A stretch of 64,000 nt of DNA from an uncultured Actinomycetes bacterium (GTDB lineage: Bacteria; Actinomycetota; UBA4738; HRBIN12). Shown here piece by piece: positions 53,969-64,000 of the stretch (within the stretch, counting starts at the first letter, position 1; each line of letters begins with the position of its first letter). The stretch covers positions 33,068 to 97,067 of the forward strand of contig CAWHGC010000012.1 in assembly GCA_963828885.1 (NCBI GenBank), in the 5' to 3' direction. The translations under genes were made by a program, and so were the position numbers. A model generated the notes under the pieces. It worked only from the letters and a program-made list of their open reading frames with translations, had not been told where the DNA came from and searched no databases.

Positions 53969-56355
53969 CTACCGGGCGGGCTCGACGAGGGGCACGCCGT
54001 CGGCGAACCGGACCGTGATCGTGCCTCGCTCGTCCGTCCGCCAGACCTGGGCGCCCGGTGGCCCGGATGGCCGCCAGCGTGGAGGGGACCGGATGCCCGT
54101 AGGTGTTCTCCCCCACGCTCACGACGGCCACCTGCGCGTGCACGGCCTGGAAGAACTCGGGGACCGACGTGGCGGCGCCGTGATGCGGCACCTTCAGGAC
54201 GTCGGCCGACAGGTCCACGCCGGTCTCGAGGAGCCACTCCTGCGCCGGCTCCTCGGGCTCGGTCGCGAGCAGCACCACGTCGTCGCCGCGCGAGAGCCGG
54301 ATCACGATGGCGTCGTTGTTCGTGTCGGACTCGGTGCCGGTCCAGCAGCGGTCGGGCGACAGGACGTCCAGGCGCAGGTCGCCGACCGTGTACGTGGCGC
54401 CGGCGCGCGGGTGCTGCTCCGGCACGTGCTCGTCGGCGATCGCGTCGTCGAGCGCGGCCTGCAGCCCGTCGTGCTCGCACCCCGGATCGAGGATCAGACC
54501 GACCGGGATCCGGGCGAGCACGACCGGCAGCCCGATGATGTGGTCGGCGTGCGGGTGGCTCGCCACCACGACGTCGAGCCGCTTCACGCCGAGCGCGGCG
54601 AGCTCGGTCGCCACCTGCTCCTCGTCGGGGCCGCCGTCGATCAGCACCGTCGCGCCCGCTCGGCGACGTGACGAGCGCCGAATCGCCCTGGCCCACGTCG
54701 AAGAAGCGGACGGTGAGCCCGTCGGGCACGCCGGCCGACAGGGCCGAGGACCACACGACGAGCGGCAGCAGCGCGAGGCCGGCCACGACGGCCGAGCGCG
54801 GGAGCCGCCGGCCGCCGTGCAGCCACCACGCGGCCGCCACGAACGCGGCGAGGCCGCCCACCAGCACCCACGGCCCGCCGCGCGAGGTGACGTAGGCGAC
54901 CGGCGCCTTCGCGAGCCGGTCGGCGATCAGCTCGAGGTAGCGCATCGGCACCAGCGCGAGGAACGCGACGAACCGGCCGAGCGGCATCAGCAGCAGGCCC
55001 AGCACCGACGCCGCGATGCCCAGCAGCAGCGCCGGCGAGACCGCCGGGAACGCGGCCAGGTTCGCCGCGATCGTCACTCCCGGGACCTCGTGGAAGTGGA
55101 ACAGCAGCAGCGGCGTCACGCCGAGCTGCGCAGCGAGCGTCGTGCCGGCCGCCAGCGCGACGGGCGCCGGCAGGAACCGCAGCCGCTGCGCGAGCGGCGT
55201 CGCCATCGCCACCATCCCCGCCGTCGCCGTCACCGACAGCTGGAAGCCGATCGCCCACACGAGCCACGGGTCCAGCACGATCAGGAACAGCACCGCGCCG
55301 GCCAGGATCGAGCCGGTCGACCGGGGCCGGCCCATCAGCACGCCCGTCAGGGTGAGCGAGGCCATCACGCCGGCGCGCATGACCGAGGGTTCGGCGCCGG
55401 TCAGCACCACGAAGAACGCCACCGTGCCCAGACCCAGCGCGAACCGCGGCCACCGCGTGAGCTTCAGCACCATCGCGAGCCCCAGCACCGGCCCCAGCAC
55501 CATCGCCACGTTCTCCCCCGACACGACGAGCAGGTGGCCCAGGCCGGTCGCCTGGAAGTCGCGCTCGAGTCCCGGGTCCAGCTGCGAGTCGTCGCCCAGC
55601 GCGAGACCGAGCAGCAGCCCCGCCTCCTTCGGCGGGAACAGCCGGGCGATCGAACGCCCGACGAACGAGCGGAAGACCTGGGTGGCGCGCAGGAACGGGT
55701 TGGTGGCGCCGCCCGTGCGCCGGAACGTGTCGAGCGTGAGCTCGGCCACCACGCCGCGGTGCCGGAGCGACTCCGCGAACCCCGGATCGTCGGGGACGCG
55801 CAGCGTGCCTTCCAGGAGCACGCCGTCGCCCCGGACCGCCCGCGGCACGTCGCCGTCGCCGCTCACCCAGACCGACTCGCGGAGCGTCCACGCGCCGCCG
55901 GCGCTCTGCACGCGCGTGACATCGACCGTCGCCGACCACCCGTAGCCGCCGAGCGACGGATCGGTGCGGAGCGAGCCCTCGATCGTCACGCGTTCCGGTG
56001 CGAGCCGGCCGAGCAGCTGCCCGTCGAGCCGCGCGTCCTGCACGCCGCCCCAGCCGCATCCGAGCGCGAACACGCCGACGAGGCCGAGCGCGGCCGCGGC
56101 CGGCGCCCCACGCCCGGGCCCTCGCGCTCCGGCCGCCACCACCGACACCGCCGCCGGCTCCGACGCCACGAGGCCGGCCCCCGCCAGGGCGTCGCGCCCC
56201 GCGATCCTGCGAGGGGCGGCGAGCCATGCGCCGGCGAGGGCCGACAGGCCGATCGCGATCGCCATCCACGGCGCGAGCCAGGGCCGGGCCGCCGACCACG
56301 CAACCAGGCCCGCCCAGAACGCGGCGGCGGCCGCCGGCATGGTCCAGACGCTCAC
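53969..56355 (-). pseudogene. comEC: DNA internalization-related competence protein ComEC/Rec2 (with a metallo-beta-lactamase domain), two frame disruptions
   Basis: Polytopic competence domain (GLGHLLVVSGENVAMV..., EPSVMRAGVMA). MBL domain in ORF 53907..54647 (VASHPHADHIGL, KVPHHGA). Corrected tail GAQVWRTDERGTITVRFADGVPLVEPAR* ends with TAG at 53969-53971. Shifts at ~54655 and ~54055. Confidence 0.85.
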
Positions 56356-57011
56356 ACCGTCACCGCGTCGCGGATCGCCTCCAGGGTCGACGGGCCGATG
56401 CCGCTCACGTCCTCGAGCTGGTCGACGGACGTGAACGGCCCGTTCTGCGTCCGGTAGTCGACGATGGCGGCGGCGATCACCTCGCCGATCCCGTCGAGCG
56501 TCTCCAGCTCGGTGGCGCTCGCGGTGTTGACGTTCACGAGCGCGCCGCCGCCGCTCTCACCGGTGCCCGGGATCGTGGTGCCGGCGCCGGCCGGCGCCGC
56601 CCCCGCCTTCGGCACGAGGATCTGCGTCCCGTCGGTGAGCGGCGCCGCGAGGTTCAGCGCCGCGAGGTCGGCGCCGGGCCGCGCGCCACCGGCCGCGTCG
56701 ATCGCGTCGATCACCCGCTGGCCGGTCGCGAACTCGTAGACGCCGGGGTGCCGCACCCACCCGGCAACGTCGACGAAGAGCGGCACGGGGCTCGGCGAGG
56801 GCGACCCGGCCACGGCTGCGGCGCCCGACGCCGCGACCGCGGCGGGCGTCGCCTGCACCGCAACGGGCTTGGGCAACGACCGCGTGTACCAGAGCCCGAC
56901 CCCGCCGAGCGTCACCGCCACCACCACGGCGAGCCCCACGAGCTCGTTCCGCGACAGCGACGACAGCCGGTCCCCGATCGACATGTCGGCGAACCTACGC
57001 CGGTGCCACAT
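56352..57011 (-). CDS. comEA: ComEA-family DNA-binding protein (helix-hairpin-helix)
   Basis: N-terminal TM helix, SLBB-like segment (VDVAGWVRHPGVYEF...RVIDAIDAAGG) and C-terminal HhH (VNVNTASATELETLDGIGEVIAAAIVDYR). The stop overlaps the comEC start. Start codon is uncertain (57011 or 56984). Confidence 0.85.
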   Translation of the reverse strand: MWHRRRFADMSIGDRLSSLSRNELVGLAVVVAVTLGGVGLWYTRSLPKPVAVQATPAAVAASGAAAVAGSPSPSPVPLFVDVAGWVRHPGVYEFATGQRVIDAIDAAGGARPGADLAALNLAAPLTDGTQILVPKAGAAPAGAGTTIPGTGESGGGALVNVNTASATELETLDGIGEVIAAAIVDYRTQNGPFTSVDQLEDVSGIGPSTLEAIRDAVTV

Positions 57012-57087
57012 CCCGAACCATGACGGACGTCACGTTCGGGGGAAGACGTCGTTCATCCAGGACGACGAGAGCGCGGACGAACGGCCG

Positions 57088-59549
<2,462 letters not shown>

Positions 59550-59606
59550 GGTCCGCAGATGCTACCGGACCGCTCTCACCTGAGCCCGCCCAACCGGCGG
59601 ACGCGC

Positions 59607-61736
59607 TCAGTCCATGTCGGGCGTGAGCTTGCGCTGCGTCAGGGCGGGGATCTCGGCGGCCGGCACGGGGTGGCTGAACAGGAAGCCCTGGGCCAGGCGG
59701 CAGCCGTTCGCGCGGAGGAACTCGTACTCGCCGCGGGTCTCGATGCCCTCGGCGAGCGGCGTCATGCCGAGGGACTGCGCGAGCTGGATCATCGCGCGCA
59801 CCATGCCGGCGAGGTCGCGGTCGCGGTCGACGTCGCGCACGAAGGACTGGTCGATCTTCAGGATGTCGACCGGCATGTGCTTGAGCCGGGCCAGCGACGA
59901 GTAGCCGGTGCCGAAGTCGTCGATCGCGAGCGTGAGGCCCCAGGCGTGCAGCTCCGACAGGATCCGCATCGTGCGGTCGGGGTCGGCCATCGCCGTGGAC
60001 TCGGTGATCTCGACGACCACCTTGCCGGGGTCCATGCCGCCGGCCTGCAGCGTGCCGAGGATGTGCTCGGACAGGTTCGGCGCCCAGAGCTGGCGTGGCG
60101 AGAGGTTGAAGCTGACCTCCAGGTCCAGCCCATCCCGCTGCCACTGCGCCGACTGCGCGATGAACTCGTCCATCACCCAGTCGCCGATCGCCTCGATCAG
60201 GCCCATCTCCTCGGCCAGCGGGATGAACTCGCCCGGCGGCACGATGCCGCCGTTCGGATCCTGCCAGCGGACCAGGGCCTCGACGCCGACCATGCGGTCG
60301 TCGCCCAGGTCGAGGATCGGCTGGTAGTGCAGCACCCAGTGCTGCTCCTCGACGGCGCGCCGCAGCCGCGTCGTCAGTGCCAGCGTCTCCAGCGGGTCGC
60401 CGTCGTGCGCGGAGAACAGCACGTAGCCGCCCGGCGCGTTGCGCTTGCTCTGGTACATGGCGGTGTCGGCGTTCTGCAGCAGCGCCGCGGCGTCGTGCGC
60501 GTCCTGCGGGAACAGCGAGATGCCGAGCGAGGCCGAGGCGTAGAACTCGGTGCCGTCCAGGTCGAAGGGTGCGCGCAGGGCCTCGTGCACGCGGGTGGCG
60601 ACGGACTCGGCGACGATGGCGGCGGCGTCGGTGCCGGGCTGCGACCCGGCCCCCCGCTCGAGGTCGGACAGCAGCAGCAGGAACTCGTCGCCGCTCTGAC
60701 GGGCCACGAGGTCGGTCTCGCGCGTGCACTCGCGCAGGCGGTCGGCGAGCTGCTCGAGCATCCGGTCGCCGGCCGCGTGGCCGAGCGAGTCGTTCACGAG
60801 CTTGAAGTTGTCGAGGTCCAGGAAGATCACGCCGACGCCCAGGTCGTGCCGGCGGGCGCGCGCGATCGACAGGCCCAGCATCTCCTCGAACAGCACCCGG
60901 TTCGGCAGGCGCGTGAGGCTGTCGTGGTAGGCGAGGAACGCGATCTGCTCCTCGGCCTGCTTGCGTTCGGTGATGTCGAAGATCACGCCCTGGATCAGCC
61001 AGGGCTCGCCCCGCTCGTCGCGGACGGTCGTCGCCTGCTCGAGGACCCACTTCACCCTGCCGTCCTCGTGCACCATGCGGTACTCGTGGTTCAGCGTGGT
61101 GTGCTGCGTGTAGGCGTCCACGTACTCGTCCCACACGCGGTCGATGTCGTCGGGGTGGACGTGACGGCGCCAGCAGTAGGCGTCGGTGAGCCACTCGGTG
61201 GGCGTGACGCCGATCAGCTCGGTCACCTGCGGGCTCACGTAGATGCTGTCGGAGTTCTCGTCGACCGGGTCCAGGTACACGACGGCGGGGATCTCGTCGA
61301 CGAGGGCGCGGTACTTCGCCTCGGCCTCGAAGCGGGCCTCCCGGCCCTCCTTGATCTCGGTCAGGTCGCGGAGCGTGACGACGAGGAGCCGGTCGGGACC
61401 GTCGATGTGGCCCAGGTGGACCTCGACGGCGATCGGGTCGGCGCCGGCGCGCCGGCACTGCGCCTCGAAGATGTTCTCGGTCGCGTTCGACAGGCCGTCG
61501 GCCAGGAGGACCTCGACCTGGTGGTCGATCAGGTCCCCCCGGTCGAACCCGGTGAGCTCCTGCAGGCGCCGGTTCGCGAACAGGATGCGGCCGTCGACGG
61601 CCGTGATGACCATGCACTCGGGCGTGGCCTCCAGCAGCGATCCGGGCTCGATGAGGCCCGCGAGGCCCTCGACCGGACCCGCGGTGCCGAACCCTGCCTC
61701 ACTCAGGCTCTGGTCTGCTGCCATGCGTGCCTGCAC
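59607..61736 (-). CDS. PAS-PAS-GGDEF-EAL signalling protein (c-di-GMP turnover)
   Basis: 709-aa intact ORF with two PAS-like modules. The GGDEF domain carries RETD-LVARQ-SGDEF. The EAL domain carries EALVRW, DDFGTGYSS, KIDQSF and EGIET. Confidence 0.88.
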   Translation of the reverse strand: MQARMAADQSLSEAGFGTAGPVEGLAGLIEPGSLLEATPECMVITAVDGRILFANRRLQELTGFDRGDLIDHQVEVLLADGLSNATENIFEAQCRRAGADPIAVEVHLGHIDGPDRLLVVTLRDLTEIKEGREARFEAEAKYRALVDEIPAVVYLDPVDENSDSIYVSPQVTELIGVTPTEWLTDAYCWRRHVHPDDIDRVWDEYVDAYTQHTTLNHEYRMVHEDGRVKWVLEQATTVRDERGEPWLIQGVIFDITERKQAEEQIAFLAYHDSLTRLPNRVLFEEMLGLSIARARRHDLGVGVIFLDLDNFKLVNDSLGHAAGDRMLEQLADRLRECTRETDLVARQSGDEFLLLLSDLERGAGSQPGTDAAAIVAESVATRVHEALRAPFDLDGTEFYASASLGISLFPQDAHDAAALLQNADTAMYQSKRNAPGGYVLFSAHDGDPLETLALTTRLRRAVEEQHWVLHYQPILDLGDDRMVGVEALVRWQDPNGGIVPPGEFIPLAEEMGLIEAIGDWVMDEFIAQSAQWQRDGLDLEVSFNLSPRQLWAPNLSEHILGTLQAGGMDPGKVVVEITESTAMADPDRTMRILSELHAWGLTLAIDDFGTGYSSLARLKHMPVDILKIDQSFVRDVDRDRDLAGMVRAMIQLAQSLGMTPLAEGIETRGEYEFLRANGCRLAQGFLFSHPVPAAEIPALTQRKLTPDMD

Positions 61737-63028
61737 CCCTCAGTGCGCCGTCGTCGTCTGAAGGCATCGTCACGGAGGGAACCGGACCTGAGCCCGAGGT
61801 CGGTCAGGCGCTCGCGGGGGGTCATCTCGGTGATGCCCCAGGGCGAGCCGTAGTCGTTCATCAGGTCGAGGAAGGGGACGGCGTCGAAGGCCTCGGGGCC
61901 GAGGACGCCGGCGCCGCTCCAGACCCCGGTCGCGATCAGCTCCAGCGCGATGACCGGGTTGATGGCGGTCTGCCAGGTGACCGCCTGGGTGCCGTCCTTC
62001 GCCCAGGTCTCCTCGGTGTCGACGACGTGGTGGACGTAGACCTCGCGCGGGGAGCCGTCGGTGCCGATGCCGCGCACCCACGTGCCGGCGCAGGTCAGGC
62101 CGGTCATCTCCTCGCCGAGGAAGGCGGGGTCGGGCAGCACCGCCGCCACCACGTCTCGGGGACTGACGAGCGTCCCGTTGACGCTCACGGGATCCGTCCG
62201 GTCCAGCCCGAGCGTGCGCAGGGTCTGCAGCACGTCGATGAACTCGTCGCCGAGGCCGTACTTGAAGGTGACGCGCGTGCAGTCGACCCAGCGCGGGATC
62301 AGCAGCACCTCCTCGTGCTCGACGTTCACGCACTCGACGTCGCCGATGCCGGCCGGGAACGCGAAGGTCTCGGGCTCGCTGAAGGGCGCCGTCGTGTACC
62401 AGCCGCGGTCGCGCTCCCAGATCACCGGCGGGTTCAGGCACTCCTCGATCGTGGTCCAGATGCTGAACGTGGGCGCGAACGAGTGGCCGCGGACCTCGAG
62501 GTTCGCCCCGTCCCGCACGCCCACCTCGTGGACCTCGCGGAAGAGGTGATCGGCGGCGTAGCGCGCGGCGACGTCGGAGAAGCCGGGCTCGGTCCCGCAG
62601 CCCACGAGGGCGAGCTGCCCCCGCGCCTCCCACTCGCCGCTCGCCTCGAACTGGGCGTCGCCGAGCTTCTCCCCGACCTGCTCGTAGGGACGGTCCGGGT
62701 GCGGGTGCGAGAGCGACATCGCCATGTCGACGTAGGTGGCGCCGGCGTCGAACGCGCCGCGGAAGACGCCCGGCACGAACCGCGGGTCGGCGGCGTTGAG
62801 GATCGCGTCGCATCCCTTCGCCTTCGCGACGGCCGCCACGTCGTCCGCGTCGGAGGCGTCCACGCGCGTCGCCGAGAACTTCCCGCCGCCGCCGAACCGG
62901 TCGACGACGCGCAGCGCGCGCCGCTCGTCGATGTCGGCGAACACGACGTGCTCGTAGAAGTCGCGCCGCGCCGCGATCGGCGCGAACGCGGCACCGACAC
63001 CTCCGGAGCCGACGACCAGGATCTTCAT
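61703..63028 (-). CDS. saccharopine dehydrogenase-family NAD(P)-binding protein
   Basis: 441-aa ORF. N-terminal Rossmann motif MKILVVGSGGVGAAFA with a saccharopine-DH-like body. The 3' end overlaps the start of the downstream GGDEF-EAL gene by ~34 nt, so the C-terminal ~30 aa are uncertain. Confidence 0.75.
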   Translation of the reverse strand: MKILVVGSGGVGAAFAPIAARRDFYEHVVFADIDERRALRVVDRFGGGGKFSATRVDASDADDVAAVAKAKGCDAILNAADPRFVPGVFRGAFDAGATYVDMAMSLSHPHPDRPYEQVGEKLGDAQFEASGEWEARGQLALVGCGTEPGFSDVAARYAADHLFREVHEVGVRDGANLEVRGHSFAPTFSIWTTIEECLNPPVIWERDRGWYTTAPFSEPETFAFPAGIGDVECVNVEHEEVLLIPRWVDCTRVTFKYGLGDEFIDVLQTLRTLGLDRTDPVSVNGTLVSPRDVVAAVLPDPAFLGEEMTGLTCAGTWVRGIGTDGSPREVYVHHVVDTEETWAKDGTQAVTWQTAINPVIALELIATGVWSGAGVLGPEAFDAVPFLDLMNDYGSPWGITEMTPRERLTDLGLRSGSLRDDAFRRRRRTEGCRHAWQQTRA

Positions 63029-63061
63029 GGCGGCGGAGTCTACCCGCTGCGGCCGGCGACG

Positions 63062-63409
63062 CTAGCGTGTCGCGACGACGATCGTGATGCCGGTGACGGC
63101 GGCGGCGGCGACCAGGACCACCAGCAGCGTCCAGCGGCTCTGCCACACGCGGAGGCCGACCCACACCGACACCACGAGGCCCACCACCGCTCCCCCGATC
63201 AGGCCGGCCGCCAGGTAGCCGAGCGCCTCCATCTCCTCGGAGCCCTTGTGGCCCACCACGCCGCGGTCGTACAGGGTCTGCAGGACCGCGACGCCGAGGA
63301 CGCCGAAGGTCCCGACGCCCAGCACGGCGGCCGCGACCACGCCGAGGATCCGCAGGGCCAGGGGCGAGTCCGTCCTCGCGCTCGATCGGGTGGCCGTCTG
63401 CTCGCTCAA
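63062..63409 (-). CDS. small membrane protein (3-4 TM helices)
   Basis: 115-aa hydrophobic ORF. The start overlaps the stop of the upstream sulfatase gene by 4 nt. Confidence 0.5.
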   Translation of the reverse strand: MSEQTATRSSARTDSPLALRILGVVAAAVLGVGTFGVLGVAVLQTLYDRGVVGHKGSEEMEALGYLAAGLIGGAVVGLVVSVWVGLRVWQSRWTLLVVLVAAAAVTGITIVVATR

Positions 63410-64000
63410 TGGGTGAACGCGAACGTCGGCGGCACGGGATCGCAGAGCCGATGCACGCGGGAGCGCATCTCTGCGAGCTTCGCCGCGTACGAGGGGTTCT
63501 GCGCCAGGTTCTGGAGCTCGTACCGGTCGGTTGCGAGCGAGTACAACTCCTCGGAGCCGTTGCGATACTGCACGTAGCGCCAGGCCGAGGTCCGCACCGC
63601 GCAGTACGTGAGCCCGGGCCCGTGCTCGATCAGCAGCTCGTCACGCCAGCGCGGAGTACCGGTGAGCAGCGGCAGGAGGTCGAGTCCTTCGGCGCCCGGC
63701 GCCGCCACACCGGCCGCCGCCGCGAACGTCGGCGCGAGGTCCACGTTCGCCACGATCTTGGAGGAGGTCCGAGGGCCGGTGGCGAGCGCGTCGTAGCGGA
63801 TCACGAGCGGGATCCGGATGCTCTCCTCGTAGGCGTTGACCTTGCCGGTCGTTCGGTGCTCGCCCAGCAGGTACCCGTTGTCGGAGGCGAAGACGATCAG
63901 GGTGGTACCCAGCCGGCCGCTCGCCGACAGCGCGTTCAGGATCGAGGCGACGGCCTCGTCGACGGCGCGGAGGCTCCGCAGCTCGTCGAGCCGGAGCTGG
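63406..64000 (-). CDS. sulfatase-family protein, C-terminal part (5' end lies outside the window)
   Basis: The reading frame is open to the window edge. Upstream of ORF 63406..63804 it continues with ...IVFASDNGYLLGEHRTTGKVNAYEESIRIPLVIRYDALA, typical of arylsulfatase-type enzymes. Confidence 0.7.
   Translation of the reverse strand, partial: QLRLDELRSLRAVDEAVASILNALSASGRLGTTLIVFASDNGYLLGEHRTTGKVNAYEESIRIPLVIRYDALATGPRTSSKIVANVDLAPTFAAAAGVAAPGAEGLDLLPLLTGTPRWRDELLIEHGPGLTYCAVRTSAWRYVQYRNGSEELYSLATDRYELQNLAQNPSYAAKLAEMRSRVHRLCDPVPPTFAFTH

Overview
Read by eye only, using the ORF track and manual translation, with no searches run. The window is a very GC-rich, actinobacterial-type chromosomal segment with strong G/C bias at third codon positions. 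It holds about 60 protein genes and one tRNA-Asn. Most of it is conserved housekeeping synteny on the minus strand: dgt-dnaG-rpoD, ppdK, glyQS, uppS-recO, deoC plus two ALDH-family genes, era-cdd-DUF21/CBS-ybeY-phoH, HIT, dnaJ-hrcA with a CIRCE operator, hemW-lepA, rpsT, holA, comEC-comEA and leuS. The left ~17 kb looks more accessory: STAS protein, ANTAR regulator, amt, MOSC, DinB, a cyclase-STAND-TPR protein, P-type ATPase, PPK2, SulP, MFS and DsbA/peroxiredoxin. I saw no transposase, integrase, CRISPR array, rRNA, or recognisable defence or biosynthetic cluster. The most striking property is >=50 single-base frame disruptions in >=22 genes between ~10.1 and ~58.8 kb. These include the essential genes dnaG, leuS and holA, while both flanks are clean, so assembly indels are the most likely cause and 'pseudogene' labels below should be read that way. 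Candidates for follow-up are: an adenylate-cyclase/NB-ARC/TPR STAND protein with no output HTH; an AmiR-like pseudo-receiver ANTAR regulator next to a STAS protein and amt; a ~765-aa coiled-coil gene inserted into the conserved comEC-holA junction; a cysteine-free, catalytic-core-less ALDH paralogue coupled to deoC-ALDH; a tRNA 3'-half-like remnant; and two secreted HExxH proteins. I cannot point to a clearly novel multi-gene system, and these are hypotheses.
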